Notes under the pieces: model-generated
The model's database searches: none
Seen by the model: only the letters and a program-made list of their open reading frames with translations
What the model was told of the DNA's origin: nothing
Made by a program: the position numbers and the translations under genes
From: an uncultured Anaerolineales bacterium
Lineage (GTDB): Bacteria > Chloroflexota > Anaerolineae > Anaerolineales > Villigracilaceae
Assembly: GCA_937960595.1 (NCBI GenBank)
Contig: CALGPL010000038.1
Span: forward strand, 107-64,106
Reading direction: 5' to 3'
Length of the DNA: 64,000 nucleotides
Part shown: positions 39,282 to 52,662 of the stretch, piece after piece
Numbering within the stretch: the first letter of the stretch is position 1
How the letters are laid out: every line of letters starts with the position of its first letter

Positions 39282-41732
39282 CTATTTTTTCTTGCTTTCC
39301 TTTTCTTTGAATTCCAGGCCGTTTTCGTGTTCGTTGACGTTGACGAGAATGGTGCCGCCCTGGGAGAGTCTTCCGCTCAATAGTTCGATCGAAAGCGGGC
39401 TTTCGAGGTGCTTTTGCAGGGCGCGGCGCAGCGGACGGGCGCCAAAGGCCGGGTCATAGCCGGTCTTGGCCAGCCACTTGCGGGCTGCCTCGGTTAACTC
39501 CACCTTGACGTTGAATTCATTCAGGCGTTCCTGGATTTCTTTCATCTGCAGGTCAACGATCTGCTCCATTTGTTCGACCGTCAGCGGCGAGAACATGATG
39601 ATTTCATCGATGCGGTTGAGGAACTCCGGTCGGAAGGTGCCTTTGAGGGCTTTCTCGATCTTGTCGTGGGATTCGCGGTCTTCGTCGGTTTCGGTGCGCT
39701 GGAGAAAACCCAACGTGCCGCCCTTGCGGACGTACTCGGTGCCCAGGTTGGAGGTCATGATCAGGACGGTGTTGCGGAAGTCGACCACGTTGCCCTGGCC
39801 GTCGGTCATGCGGCCGTCGTCGAGGATTTGCAGCAAGGCGTTCCAGACCTCGGGATGGGCCTTTTCGATCTCGTCGAATAGCAGCACCCGATACGGGCGG
39901 CGGCGGACGGCCTCGGTCAACTGACCGCCCTCCTCGTAGCCGACGTAGCCGGGCGGGGCGCCGAACAGGCGCGAGACGGTGTGCTGTTCGCGGTACTCGG
40001 ACATGTCGATTCGCACCAGGGCGTCTTCATCATCGAACATGAACCAGGCCAGGGCTTTGGCCAGTTCGGTCTTGCCGACGCCGGAAGGGCCGATGAAGAT
40101 GAACGAACCGATGGGGCGGGAGGGGTCTTTGAGGCCCGAGCGGGCGCGGCGGATGGCGTCCGAGATGGCGTGGATGGCCTCGTCCTGGCCGATGATGCGT
40201 TCGTGGAGGCGTTCTTCCATGTGCAGAAGTTTCTCGGCCTCGGTTTCCATCATCTGCGAGACGGGGATGCCGGTCCATTGGTGGACGACCTCGGCGATGT
40301 CGTTGACATCCACCACCTCGTCAATGTGGTGTTCGATTTCCCATTTTTCGCGCTGGGCGTTGAATTCTTGCTCGAGGCGCAGGCGTTCGGCTTTCTTCTG
40401 GGCGGCGCGCTCGTAGTCGCGCTCCAGGCCGGCCTGTTCCTCTTCGGCGCGCAGACGTTCGATCTCGTTTTTCTTTTCCTTCAGATCCTGGGGCAGGGAA
40501 TAGAGAGCGACGCGCAGTTTGGCGGCGGCCTCGTCCATCAGGTCGATGGCTTTGTCGGGCAGGTGACGGTCGGTGACGTAGCGGTCGGCCAGGCGGGCGG
40601 CGGCCACCAGCGCCTCGTCGGAGAAGCGCACCTTGTGATGGGCCTCGTAGCGGTCGCGCAGTCCCTGGAGCATCTTGATGGTGTCGTCCACGCTCGGTTC
40701 CTCGACGTAGATGGGGGCGAAGCGGCGCTCGAGGGCGGCGTCTTTTTCGATGTGTTTGTGGTACTCGTCCAGCGTGGTCGCGCCGATGCACTGCAACTCG
40801 CCGCGCGCTAGGGCCGGTTTGAGCATGTTGGAGGCGTCCATCGCGCCCTGGGCGGCCCCGGCCCCGATGACGGTGTGCAGTTCGTCAATCATCAGGATGA
40901 TTTCGCCGTTCGAGCGCTGGACCTCTTCGATGGCCGATTTGAGGCGCTCCTCGAACTCGCCGCGGAAGCGCGAGCCGGCGATCATCGCGCCCAGATCGAG
41001 GGCGACAACACGCTTGCCGGCCAGGATTTCGGGGACGTCGTTGTTGGCGATCTTCTGGGCCAGGCCCTCGACGATGGCGGTCTTGCCGACGCCGGCCTCG
41101 CCGATCAGGACGGGGTTGTTCTTGGTGCGGCGCGAGAGGATCTGGATGAGACGCAGAATTTCGGTGTCGCGCCCAATGACCGGGTCCAGTTTGCCTTCGC
41201 GGGCCATCTGGGTCAGGTCGCGCGAGTATTTTTCGAGGGTGCGGTAGCGCGTCTCGGCCTGGGGGTCGGTGACGCGCTGTCCGCCGCGCAGTTGCAGGAT
41301 GGTGTCGAGGACACGGTCGCGGTTCAGGCCGGCGCTCTCGAGGATGCGGGCGGCGGAGGTGTTGCGTTCGCTCATGATGGCGAGGAAGATGTGTTCGGTG
41401 GAAATGTATTCATCTTTCAGGCGGTTGGCTTCCTCGTTGGCCAGGTCGATGATGCGCTTGACGCGCGGGGTGATGAAGATCTGCCCGGCCCCGCCGCCGA
41501 AGATGTTGGCTTTGGGTGTCATGCGCAGGGTCTGGTCGAGGCGGTCGGCCAGGGCCTGGGCGTTGATGTTGAGCATTTCGAGAATCTGGGGGATCACCCC
41601 GCCGGGCTGCTCGATGAGCGCCAGCAGGATGTGTTCGGTGTCGATCTGGTTGTGGCCGTAGCGCTGGATGATTTCAGCGGCGCGCTGGGCGGCTTCCTGG
41701 GCTCGTTCGGTAAATCGGTCGAATCGCATCAT
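39282..41732 (-). CDS. clpC: ATP-dependent Clp protease ATP-binding subunit ClpC
   Basis: 816 aa with two AAA+ modules ([15 protein letters not shown] and [15 protein letters not shown]). It has a short UVR-like linker ([21 protein letters not shown]) rather than a ClpB-length M-domain, and an LGF ClpP-docking loop (GGTLGFLQ). Confidence 0.92.
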   Translation of the reverse strand: MMRFDRFTERAQEAAQRAAEIIQRYGHNQIDTEHILLALIEQPGGVIPQILEMLNINAQALADRLDQTLRMTPKANIFGGGAGQIFITPRVKRIIDLANEEANRLKDEYISTEHIFLAIMSERNTSAARILESAGLNRDRVLDTILQLRGGQRVTDPQAETRYRTLEKYSRDLTQMAREGKLDPVIGRDTEILRLIQILSRRTKNNPVLIGEAGVGKTAIVEGLAQKIANNDVPEILAGKRVVALDLGAMIAGSRFRGEFEERLKSAIEEVQRSNGEIILMIDELHTVIGAGAAQGAMDASNMLKPALARGELQCIGATTLDEYHKHIEKDAALERRFAPIYVEEPSVDDTIKMLQGLRDRYEAHHKVRFSDEALVAAARLADRYVTDRHLPDKAIDLMDEAAAKLRVALYSLPQDLKEKKNEIERLRAEEEQAGLERDYERAAQKKAERLRLEQEFNAQREKWEIEHHIDEVVDVNDIAEVVHQWTGIPVSQMMETEAEKLLHMEERLHERIIGQDEAIHAISDAIRRARSGLKDPSRPIGSFIFIGPSGVGKTELAKALAWFMFDDEDALVRIDMSEYREQHTVSRLFGAPPGYVGYEEGGQLTEAVRRRPYRVLLFDEIEKAHPEVWNALLQILDDGRMTDGQGNVVDFRNTVLIMTSNLGTEYVRKGGTLGFLQRTETDEDRESHDKIEKALKGTFRPEFLNRIDEIIMFSPLTVEQMEQIVDLQMKEIQERLNEFNVKVELTEAARKWLAKTGYDPAFGARPLRRALQKHLESPLSIELLSGRLSQGGTILVNVNEHENGLEFKEKESKKK

Positions 41733-41762
41733 AGGCGGAATCCTTTCACTGATTACGGGGCG

Positions 41763-41771
41763 ATTATAACA
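41763..41771 (-). promoter_or_regulatory. Candidate extended -10 promoter (TGTTATAAT) for clpC
   Basis: The minus strand reads ttgttataat, about 30 nt upstream of the clpC ATG. Confidence 0.4.
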
Positions 41772-41830
41772 AAATGCCTGTCAGCGCGTTGCAAATATCA
41801 CGTAAGATTCTTGTTAGAGGCCGTTTTGAG

Positions 41831-41900
41831 CCACAGATGAACACAGATGAACACAGATGAAAACAGATGAAAACAGATGAACACAGATGAACACAGATAA
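41831..41900 (-). repeat. Family C, copy 3: seven tandem 10-nt units
   Basis: ccacagatga acacagatga acacagatga aaacagatga aaacagatga acacagatga acacagataa. The reverse complement unit is ttcatctgtg. Confidence 0.9.
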
Positions 41901-42026
41901 GCGGAAGAGGTGGGCAGTTGTCTTTTCCGGTAGAAGTGCAGATGAATTTGTGGCAGGATTGGGAAGATGGTCAGTTGTAATCTTGTCGTCAGTTGAGTAT
42001 GATAGGAGTGGAAGAGGTGAGTGAGG

Positions 42027-42749
42027 ATGAAGGATACTCTCTATCATTTCTTGACGGGAATTCTCGATCTCTTTCTGTGGGGCGGAGAATTGGTGGGGGA
42101 GGAAAACCTGCCCCAACGCGGGCCGGCGGTTTTTGTGGCCAATCATCTGGAGACGATGGGGCCGATCGCGGCCGTCTGCTCCATTCCATTGCGCCTGCAC
42201 CCGTGGATCATCGCGGACATGGTGGACAAAACCCTGGCGCCGGCCTATCTCGAGTGGGATTTCGTCCAGCGCAATTTTCATCTCAAACCGCCGCTGAGCA
42301 AATCCATTGCGTGGGCGCTCTCGAAGGTCACCGTGCCTCTCTTGCGCTCTTTGGGCTGTATCCCGGTCTATAAAGGCTACGAAAACATGGCCAAGACCTG
42401 GGAACAGAGCCTGGCGGTTTTGCTGGAAGACAAGTTCCTGCTGATCTTCCCCGAAGATGCAAATATGAAATACGATCCCGTCACCCGCATGTCGGCTTTT
42501 CAGAAGAGTTTCGTCCGGCTGGGTGAGATGTACCACGAAAAGACCGGTCAACGCTTGCTTTATTGCCCGGTCGCCATCCATCCTTCGGGGGTCGTGAGAG
42601 TTGGAGCGGCCATCCAGCACAATCCGCTCAACCGGCCCGGGCTGGAGCGTCATCGCGTGAAGGATTTGATAGAAGATACAGTGCGGGCCATGTATCTGCA
42701 GATCGAGGGGGAGAACGTCGGCGGTGTTCTGACGCCGCAGCACAAGTGA
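42027..42749 (+). CDS. Lysophospholipid acyltransferase (PlsC/LPLAT) family protein with a non-canonical HX4D box
   Basis: ENLPQRGPAVFVANHLETMGP occupies the place of NHxSxxD. IFPE and a conserved C-terminal half follow. A GTG at 42021 is an alternative start. Confidence 0.65.
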   Translation: MKDTLYHFLTGILDLFLWGGELVGEENLPQRGPAVFVANHLETMGPIAAVCSIPLRLHPWIIADMVDKTLAPAYLEWDFVQRNFHLKPPLSKSIAWALSKVTVPLLRSLGCIPVYKGYENMAKTWEQSLAVLLEDKFLLIFPEDANMKYDPVTRMSAFQKSFVRLGEMYHEKTGQRLLYCPVAIHPSGVVRVGAAIQHNPLNRPGLERHRVKDLIEDTVRAMYLQIEGENVGGVLTPQHK

Positions 42750-42784
42750 GCGGGCCGGGCGATTTGGGGTAAAATCGCTCTGTC

Positions 42785-44401
42785 ATGCGATCCTTTCTTC
42801 GTCTGTGCCGCGATGGGGTTATCTCACGAGGGCCTCTGCTGGGGCTTGGCGCGCTTTCCCTGTTGGGGGCGGCGCTGGCGGCCTACGGCACGGCCAACGG
42901 CCCGTGGGGACGCAGCGACTCGGCCGCGTATCTGGCCGCGGCGCGCAGCCTGGCGGGCGGGGCGGGGCTGGGCTTCCCGGATGCGCAAGGTCATTTCCGG
43001 TTTCTGACCCATTACCCGCCTCTTTATCCTCTGCTTCTGGCTTTCTTCTATCGCTTGGGCGGCGACTTGCTGGCGACGCCGCGCTGGCTGGGCGTCTTCT
43101 TCTATGCCGCGACGATTTTCGGCTGCGGCTACATGTTCCTCCGCTTCAGCCGTTTCCCCTGGCTGGGGGCCGCGGCGGCGCTGCTGATCGGCGCCTTCCC
43201 GATGACGGTGCGGATGTCGCACGCGGCCATGTCGGAGGCGTTGTTTCTCTTTTTGATGGTTTGGGCGGGCTATGCGCTCCTCGCCGCGCGGCGCGCCGGG
43301 CGAGGCTCCCTGATCCCCGCCGCCCTGCTGACGGGCCTCTTGCCGCTCGCCCGTTACATCGGCGTCGCTTTTGTGGCAGCGGGGTTCCTGGCCGTTCTCT
43401 GGCTGTCGGAGGGGCGGGTAAGCGAACGCCTGAAGCGGGCGGCCCTGTTCGCCGGGCTGGCCTGCCTGCCGATTCTGGCCTGGCTGACCTGGACGTATTT
43501 GGCAGCCGGGCAGGAACTTGCCGGCCGGACGTTCCGGTGGGCGGTGGAGGACATGGGCGGAAAACTGCGCCTGTTCGCTTCGCTGTTTGCAAAGGGGATC
43601 TGGGAATGGCTGCCCTATCATCCATTTTATCCGGCTACCAAATCGCGCCTGCGCCTGGCAATTCTGTTCCTCGCCGCCCTGTGGATGGCAGGCCTGACGT
43701 TCTTTGCCCACCGACGGGCGCGTCAGGCCGACCCGGAGCAGGCGGCCTTCCTGCTCTTTGGCCTTTTTGGCCTGGCCTCGATGGTCTATGCCGTGACCTT
43801 GCTGGCCGCCTATTTGTTTTCCGATCCGATCCCCGATGTGGATGACCGCATGCTGCTGCCCTTCTATGTCACTCTGACGCTGGGCCTGCTGGGGGCTTTT
43901 GCCGTCTGGCAGTCGGCCTGGCAGAGCGGACGGCGCTGGCTGGCAGTCCTGCCCTGGCTGGCAGCGGTTCTCTTCCTGATCTGGTGGTTTCCCCAGAACG
44001 CCTATTACGTACGCGAGGACCACGCCGGCTGGGGCGTCACCGTCTACGCCTGGCGGGGATCGCCCACTTTGCAGGCCCTCGACGATCTGCCGGCGGATCG
44101 GCCGGTCATCTCCGATAACGCCGCCCTGGTCTTGTTGTGGACCGGCCGCCCCGTCTATGATATGACCGCCACCCTGAGCGCGGACTTCCTCGCCGGGCAG
44201 GCTGTCTATGGGAGCGACCCATCCGACCCGGCCCAGCAGGCTTTCTGCCAGGAGGGCGCGCCGCTCGTCTTGTTCGGCGACCTGTCTGCCTGGCTCGAAA
44301 CCGCCTACGGGGAAGCCGGTCGCCGGCGGATGGAGACCCTCCTGGCCCTGCCCGGGACGGAATACGCCGATGGGGAGATCTACTCTTGTGAACTTCCGTA
44401 G
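42785..44401 (+). CDS. Polytopic membrane glycosyltransferase, GT39/ArnT-like (PMT_2 type)
   Basis: 538 aa with at least 10 predicted TM helices. The N-terminal loop DSAAYLAAARSLAGGAGLGF...HYPPLYPLLLA resembles the ArnT/PMT family. Confidence 0.6.
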   Translation: MRSFLRLCRDGVISRGPLLGLGALSLLGAALAAYGTANGPWGRSDSAAYLAAARSLAGGAGLGFPDAQGHFRFLTHYPPLYPLLLAFFYRLGGDLLATPRWLGVFFYAATIFGCGYMFLRFSRFPWLGAAAALLIGAFPMTVRMSHAAMSEALFLFLMVWAGYALLAARRAGRGSLIPAALLTGLLPLARYIGVAFVAAGFLAVLWLSEGRVSERLKRAALFAGLACLPILAWLTWTYLAAGQELAGRTFRWAVEDMGGKLRLFASLFAKGIWEWLPYHPFYPATKSRLRLAILFLAALWMAGLTFFAHRRARQADPEQAAFLLFGLFGLASMVYAVTLLAAYLFSDPIPDVDDRMLLPFYVTLTLGLLGAFAVWQSAWQSGRRWLAVLPWLAAVLFLIWWFPQNAYYVREDHAGWGVTVYAWRGSPTLQALDDLPADRPVISDNAALVLLWTGRPVYDMTATLSADFLAGQAVYGSDPSDPAQQAFCQEGAPLVLFGDLSAWLETAYGEAGRRRMETLLALPGTEYADGEIYSCELP

Positions 44402-44467
44402 AAACGAGAGCCTCTGCGAGTGACTGACAAGTCCAAAGGGGGACAGGCAGTCGCGTTGCTCCTCCCA

Positions 44468-47017
<2,550 letters not shown>

Positions 47018-47053
47018 GGGAGGCTCCGGGGAGGGGGAAGACGAAGGGTCGCA

Positions 47054-47082
47054 TGTAGGTCGGATTGACCATCCGACCTACA
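47054..47082. repeat. REP-like perfect palindrome
   Basis: tgtaggtcggat-tgacc-atccgacctaca, with 12-bp arms. Confidence 0.7.
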
Positions 47083-47130
47083 GTCTGGCTTTATCTTACG
47101 GGGAAAGAGGGCGGGCGTCAAGGATGAGAA

Positions 47131-47170
47131 AGGCCAGGCCTCTTGGGAAGAGACCTGGCCTTCGTTTTTT
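47131..47170 (+). terminator. Hairpin plus T-run, best oriented on the plus strand although both flanking genes are on the minus strand
   Basis: aggccaggcctctt-ggg-aagagacctggcct is followed by tcgtttttt. On the minus strand only ttt follows the stem. Confidence 0.55.
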
Positions 47171-47183
47171 GGCCTGTTCTTTT

Positions 47184-48062
47184 CTACGGCGTGAAGTTGA
47201 GAGTCTGCGAAAGGCAGGTCCCGCCCATGCCGTTGGCCGAGCAGACGGTGATGGTGGCGCTGATGCTGTGACCGGTCGGGTCATAGCCGAGTTGACCGGG
47301 GTTGACGTTGGCCACGTTGCCGGCCTCGCCGGGCATCAGGTCCTGGTTCATGTCGCCGAGAATACACGAGGGATAGTCGCGGAAGAAATCCTGCTGGTGG
47401 GTGAAAGTGGCGGCAGTGGTGTTGTCGGTGACGAAGATGCGGACGGCCTCCCAGGTGATGGAGCCGGTGTTGCTGACCTGGAAGCGGAAAGCATATTGGC
47501 CGGCGCAGGAGGCCATTCCGATGTAGGAGACCGTGAATCCCGGGGCGGGGGTGGGCGTGGGCGGCGGGTCGAAGATCGGCAGGGCGGCGGTATTGCCGGT
47601 GACGGTGGCGTACTGGCCCCAGGCCCAGCAGATGACCGTCGGGCTGCTCGGCAGGCGGACGATCCAGTAGTTGCCGGTCGCGTCCCGCCCGACGACCTCG
47701 GCCTGCTGGCCGGGGGCGATTCCGCCGAGGATGTCATAGGCCGTTCCGGGGCCGGTGCGGCAGTTGGTGGCCGTGCTGACGCTCAGCAGGGGAATGCTCG
47801 GCGTGTTGGTCGGGGCGGGGGTGTCGGTGAAGGACGGCGTGGGCGGAATGGGCGTCGCCATGGCGGTCATCGTGGCTTCGAGGGCCTGCTGGATGGCGGT
47901 GGCAGCCTGAGCGGTGGCGGCCTGCGGGTCGCTGCCGTTGTTGGGTTGACCGTTTTGCGGGGCGGCCGGCCCGCTGCCCTGTGCAGTTGGCAGGTTGCAG
48001 GCGGCGATCCCAAAGACCAGGCAGAACAGAATGAGGGACAAGCGAGAAAACTTCATTTTCAT
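47184..48062 (-). CDS. Lipoprotein with a bacterial SH3 domain and a C-terminal Cys-containing beta domain
   Basis: The lipobox is LVFGIAAC. The SH3b-like segment is NCRTGPGTAYDILGGIAPGQQAEVVGRDATGNYWIV. Confidence 0.7.
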   Translation of the reverse strand: MKMKFSRLSLILFCLVFGIAACNLPTAQGSGPAAPQNGQPNNGSDPQAATAQAATAIQQALEATMTAMATPIPPTPSFTDTPAPTNTPSIPLLSVSTATNCRTGPGTAYDILGGIAPGQQAEVVGRDATGNYWIVRLPSSPTVICWAWGQYATVTGNTAALPIFDPPPTPTPAPGFTVSYIGMASCAGQYAFRFQVSNTGSITWEAVRIFVTDNTTAATFTHQQDFFRDYPSCILGDMNQDLMPGEAGNVANVNPGQLGYDPTGHSISATITVCSANGMGGTCLSQTLNFTP

Positions 48063-48165
48063 CCTCCTTTGGATGGCAAGGCGATTCTTTTCTGCTCGAA
48101 AGCATTTCCATCATACTGCTTTTGAGGATGTCCTACAATCCCCCGAAATGTCTCTGTCTTTTCAT

Positions 48166-48200
48166 AAAAAAAGGACCCGTCCCTGCCAGGGAACGGGTCC
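48166..48200 (-). terminator. Rho-independent terminator of rpoC
   Basis: On the minus strand ggacccgttccc-tggca-gggacgggtcc is followed by UUUUUUU (plus-strand A-run at 48166-48172). Confidence 0.8.
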
Positions 48201-48221
48201 GGCAAAAGTCGAGGGCCGCGG

Positions 48222-51200
48222 CTAATCGCTCGCCCCGCTGTCGGGGATTTCGGTCCACTGTGACGAGCCTTCGGGGCCTTTTTCGAGCGCCTGGAAGCGT
48301 CCGTGGACGAAGCCCGTGCCGGCCGGGATGAGTTTGCCGATGATGACGTTCTCTTTCAGGCCGAAGAGCGGATCGGTCGCCGCGGCAATGGCCGCGCCCG
48401 CCAGGACCTTGATGGTGTGCTGGAACGACGAGGCCGAAAGGAACGAATCGGTGCTGAGGGAGGCCTTGGTGACGCCCAGCAGGAGTTCGCTGTACTTGGC
48501 GGGCTGCTTGCCCTCGGCCAGCATCTTCTCGTTGACTTTGCGAATCTCCAGCCGGTCGACCGCGTCGCCGGGCAGGTAGGGCGTGTCGCCCGGACGGCTG
48601 ACCTGCACCTTGGACATCATCTTGCGGATGATGACCTCGAAGTGCTTGTCGTGGATGTTCTGGCCCTGAGAGCGGTACACCTTCTGGATTTCGGTCAGCA
48701 GATACATCTGACAGGCCTCGCGCCCCTGGATGCGCAGGACGCGGTGCGGGTTGAGCGAACCCTCGGTCAGCGGCTGACCGGCCTGGACTTTTTCGCCCTC
48801 TTTGACCAGCAGGCGCAGGGTGGTCGGAATCTCATATTCCACTTCCTCACGCTGCTCGTAGGCCACGATGACCTTGTGTTTCTTCTCGATGCGCACCTTG
48901 CCGGCGTGCTGGGCGGCCATGCTGGCCTCGCCCAGGGTGGCGATCACGTCGCCGGCCTTGATTTCATCCTCGGTCTTGACGGTGATCTTCCATTCGGCCG
49001 GAATGTCGTACTCGTCCTGGATCATCTCGCTGTGTTCGACCCGCACCAGGCGCATGTCGGCGTATTTGTCGGACTGGATGATGTGAACGGTGCCGTTGAT
49101 TTCGGAGACGACGGCCTCGCCCTTGGGCTGCTTGCGGGCCTCGAAGAGTTCCTCGACGCGCGGCAGACCGGTGGTGATGTCACCCCCGGCCGCCACGCCG
49201 CCGGTGTGGAAGGTGCGCAGGGTCAACTGGGTGCCGGGCTCACCGATCGACTGGGCGGCCACGATGCCGACGGCCGAACCCAGTTCGACCATCGTGCCGC
49301 GGCCCAGATCGATGCCGTAGCACTTGGCGCAGACGCCGTGCTGCAGTTCGCAGGTCAGCGGCGAGCGGACCTTGACCTCGGGCACGCCGGCGGCGGCAAT
49401 CTTGCGGGCCAGTTTGTGGTCGATCACGTCATCGCGATCGGCCAGCACTTCGCCGGTTTGCGGGTCGAGGACGCGTTCGGCTACCAGGCGTCCGTATAGA
49501 CGGCTGGCCATGGATTGACCGGCCACATCGTCTGCTTTGCGAATCCAGAAACCTTCTTTCGTGCCGCAGTCGTATTCGTTGATGATGACATCCTGGGCGA
49601 TGTCCACCAGGCGGCGGGTCAGGTAACCGGCGTCGGCGGTGCGCAGCGCGGTGTCGGCCAGGCCTTTGCGGGCGCCGTGAGTCGACATGAAGTATTCCAG
49701 GGCGGTCAGGCCTTCGCGGAAGTTCGAGCGGATCGGGTAGGGGATGATGCGCCCGGACGGATCGGCCATCAGGCCGCGCATGCCGGCCAGTTGCGAGAGT
49801 TGGCTGAAGCCGCCCTTGGTGGCGCCGGAGTTTGCCATGGTGGCCAGATTGCCGTCGGGGTCCATGCTTTTCTTGACGGCTTTGGCGACCTCGTCGGTGG
49901 TGCGCTGCCAGATTTGGATGATGCGCTCGTTCTGCTCCTGCTCGGTCAGCAGACCGCGCCGGAAGTCGCGCTGCACCAGTTCGACATCCTTGAGCGCCTG
50001 TTCGATGATTTCTTCCTTCTGCGGCGGAATGGTGATGTCGGAGACGGCAATGGTGGTGCCGGAACGCATGGCGTACTCGAAGCCAATGCGCTTGATGGCG
50101 TCGGCGGTCTCGGTGGTCACATCCTGGCCGTAGAGTTCGTACACCTCGGCGATCAGGTCTTTCACGCCGCCCTTTTCCAATTGGCGGTTGATGAATTGGA
50201 CTTTCTCGGGCAGGACGCGGTTGAACAATACCCGTCCGACGGTGGTCTCGATGAGGCGGTTTTCGACCTCGGGCAGCCGGTCGCCGTTTTCGGCGTACCA
50301 GGTATCGACCCGCACCTTGATCTTGGTGTGAATGTCCACCTGACCCAACTGATAGGCCATCTCGACCTCGTCCATGTCCACGAAGGCCCGTCCATCTCCG
50401 CGATGTTTTTTGGAGTCCATCATGGTCATGTAGAAGACGCCCAGCACCATGTCTTTTGAGGGGCCAATGATCGGCTCGCCGTCGGCGGGTTTGAGTAGAT
50501 TCTTGGAGGCCAGCATCAGGCGGCGGGCTTCCTGGACGGCTTTGTCGGAGAGCGGCACGTGGACGGCCATCTGATCGCCGTCGAAGTCGGCATTAAAGGC
50601 CGGGCAGACCAAGGGATGCAACTGAATCGCCGATCCTTCGATCAGCACCGGCTCGAAGGCCTGGATGCCCAGACGATGGAGGGTCGGAGCGCGGTTCAGC
50701 AGCACCGGCCGCTCTTTGATGACCTCTTCGAGGACTTCATAGACCTCGGGCCGGTTGCGCTCGATGAAGCGCCGCGCCCCCTTGACGTTGGCGGCGTAAT
50801 TGTGGGACACCAGCCTCGAGATGACGAATGGGCGGTAGAGTTCCAGCGCCATGGTCTTGGGCAGGCCGCACTGGTAGAGTTTCAACTGCGGGCCGACGAC
50901 GATGACCGAACGGCCGGAGTAGTCGACGCGCTTGCCGAGCAGGTTGCGGCGGAAGCGCCCTTTCTTGCCCTTGAGCATGTCGCTCAGCGAGCGCAGTTCG
51001 CGCCGGCCGCGCCGGCTGAGGGCCTTGCCGCGCTGGCTGTTGTCGATCAGCGAGTCGACCGCCTCCTGGAGCATGCGTTTCTCGTTGCGCACGATCACGT
51101 CTGGCGCGCCCAGTTCGAGCAGACGCTTGAGACGGTTGTTGCGGTTGATGACCCGCCGGTAGAGGTCGTTCAGGTCGGAGGTGGCGAAGCGCCCGCCGTC

Positions 51201-52535
51201 CAACTGCACCATCGGGCGCAGGTCGGGCGGGATGACCGGCAGGATGGTCAGGATCATCCATTCGGGGCGGTTGCCCGAGCGGCGGAAGGCCTCCACCACT
51301 TTGAGGCGGGTGGTGGCTTTCTTGCGCTTCTGCTTGCTCTTCGAGGTCTTGACCTCGTGCCAGAGTTCCTCCGAGAGTTTGTCCAGGTCCAGGCGGCGCA
51401 GGATGTCGTAGAAGGCCTCGGCGCCCATGTCGGCGCGGAAGACCTGCCCCCAGCGCGATTTCAGTTCGCGGTAGCGGCTTTCGCTCAGGAAGGTGAAGGG
51501 ACGCAGGTCGAGCAGTTCGTCGCGCAGACGGGCGTTTTGATTCTGGTTGGTGGTGGTCTGATCCTCTAACTGCGAGCGCAGGGCGGCCATCTGCTCGTCG
51601 GCCTCGGCCTTGAGGCGGGCGGCTTCGGCCTTGAGTTCCTCGAGGAGGCGATTTTTCTCATCCTTGAGTTCGTTCTCGATGCCTTCCAGCCGGTTCTGGA
51701 CGATTTTCTGCACCTTGGTCAGCGAAGCAGCGGTGACCTTGTGGCCCGCCTCGACGATCACCGTGCCGGTGCTGCCAAAGGTGACGTCGGCCTGCAGAAC
51801 CTGGTTCATCTGTTCCTGGAGCAGGCGTTCGAGGCGCTGTCCCTCTTGGATGATGGGGTCCAGCCGGGAAGCGATCTGTTCATCGTACTGGCGCTCGGTT
51901 TCGGCGCGTTTGTGCTGGAGTTCGGCCAGGGTCTTGTCGCGGGCGGTCTTGATTTCGGCGATCTTGGCATTGACCTGGGCTGCCTGCTCGCGCTCGGAGA
52001 CCGAGATTTCTTCTTCCAGGCGCTTGAGGGCCTTCTGGCGGGCGTCCTCGTCCACGTAAGTGACGATGTACTGGGCGAAGTAAAGCACCCGGTCGAGGTT
52101 GCGGCGGGAGATGTCGAGCAGCAGGCCCAGGTAGGAGGGGATGCGCCGCGTGTACCAGATGTGCGCCACGGGCGTGGCCAGGGTGATGTGGCCCATCCGT
52201 TCGCGCCGCACGGCCGAGCGGGTCACTTCGACGCCGCATTTGTCGCAGGTGATGCCTTTGTAGCGGGGATTCTTGTATTTGCCGCAGTAACACTGCCAGT
52301 CGCGGGTCGGGCCGAAGATGGCTTCGCAAAACAAGCCGTCTTTTTCGGGCCGCAGACGACGGTAGTTGATGGTTTCCGGTTTGAGAACCTCGCCGTAAGA
52401 CCACGAGCGAATGGTTTCTGGCGATGCCAGACTGATCCGTAATGAGGTAAGCCCCTTCGTTTCCAATGGTCCGTCTCCTCGTCTTTGAACTAGACTGCGC
52501 TGTCCGTACCTCTGTTCTGCCGGCTCCAGGGACAC
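48222..52535 (-). CDS. rpoC: DNA-directed RNA polymerase subunit beta-prime
   Basis: [19 protein letters not shown]...CYCGKY...CDKCGVEV...[14 protein letters not shown]...and the rest of the conserved regions are present. The ORF start is a GTG at 52535. An alternative TTG at 52466 lies 8 nt after a GAGGAG. Confidence 0.97.
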   Translation of the reverse strand: MSLEPAEQRYGQRSLVQRRGDGPLETKGLTSLRISLASPETIRSWSYGEVLKPETINYRRLRPEKDGLFCEAIFGPTRDWQCYCGKYKNPRYKGITCDKCGVEVTRSAVRRERMGHITLATPVAHIWYTRRIPSYLGLLLDISRRNLDRVLYFAQYIVTYVDEDARQKALKRLEEEISVSEREQAAQVNAKIAEIKTARDKTLAELQHKRAETERQYDEQIASRLDPIIQEGQRLERLLQEQMNQVLQADVTFGSTGTVIVEAGHKVTAASLTKVQKIVQNRLEGIENELKDEKNRLLEELKAEAARLKAEADEQMAALRSQLEDQTTTNQNQNARLRDELLDLRPFTFLSESRYRELKSRWGQVFRADMGAEAFYDILRRLDLDKLSEELWHEVKTSKSKQKRKKATTRLKVVEAFRRSGNRPEWMILTILPVIPPDLRPMVQLDGGRFATSDLNDLYRRVINRNNRLKRLLELGAPDVIVRNEKRMLQEAVDSLIDNSQRGKALSRRGRRELRSLSDMLKGKKGRFRRNLLGKRVDYSGRSVIVVGPQLKLYQCGLPKTMALELYRPFVISRLVSHNYAANVKGARRFIERNRPEVYEVLEEVIKERPVLLNRAPTLHRLGIQAFEPVLIEGSAIQLHPLVCPAFNADFDGDQMAVHVPLSDKAVQEARRLMLASKNLLKPADGEPIIGPSKDMVLGVFYMTMMDSKKHRGDGRAFVDMDEVEMAYQLGQVDIHTKIKVRVDTWYAENGDRLPEVENRLIETTVGRVLFNRVLPEKVQFINRQLEKGGVKDLIAEVYELYGQDVTTETADAIKRIGFEYAMRSGTTIAVSDITIPPQKEEIIEQALKDVELVQRDFRRGLLTEQEQNERIIQIWQRTTDEVAKAVKKSMDPDGNLATMANSGATKGGFSQLSQLAGMRGLMADPSGRIIPYPIRSNFREGLTALEYFMSTHGARKGLADTALRTADAGYLTRRLVDIAQDVIINEYDCGTKEGFWIRKADDVAGQSMASRLYGRLVAERVLDPQTGEVLADRDDVIDHKLARKIAAAGVPEVKVRSPLTCELQHGVCAKCYGIDLGRGTMVELGSAVGIVAAQSIGEPGTQLTLRTFHTGGVAAGGDITTGLPRVEELFEARKQPKGEAVVSEINGTVHIIQSDKYADMRLVRVEHSEMIQDEYDIPAEWKITVKTEDEIKAGDVIATLGEASMAAQHAGKVRIEKKHKVIVAYEQREEVEYEIPTTLRLLVKEGEKVQAGQPLTEGSLNPHRVLRIQGREACQMYLLTEIQKVYRSQGQNIHDKHFEVIIRKMMSKVQVSRPGDTPYLPGDAVDRLEIRKVNEKMLAEGKQPAKYSELLLGVTKASLSTDSFLSASSFQHTIKVLAGAAIAAATDPLFGLKENVIIGKLIPAGTGFVHGRFQALEKGPEGSSQWTEIPDSGASD

Positions 52536-52662
52536 GCAAAAGCAAGCGCTTCAGACATTCTGTCTAAGCGCTCGCCGGTGATCGCAGATTTCGATTATCT
52601 CCAAGTGACCCAAATTATACTATTTCAGTCTGAGTTGGTCAAGGGAAAATCGTCAGTTGAAA

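Noticed and set aside
39282-41732. Whether this Clp ATPase is ClpB rather than ClpC.
   Set aside because: The inter-AAA linker is only about 75 aa, with a UVR-like motif, rather than the roughly 150-aa ClpB M-domain. An LGF ClpP-docking tripeptide is present.
41831-41900. Whether the tandem arrays here and at 52663-52965 are CRISPR arrays.
   Set aside because: The units are 10, 25 and 56 nt, head-to-tail, with no unique spacers between them. No cas genes are present in the window.
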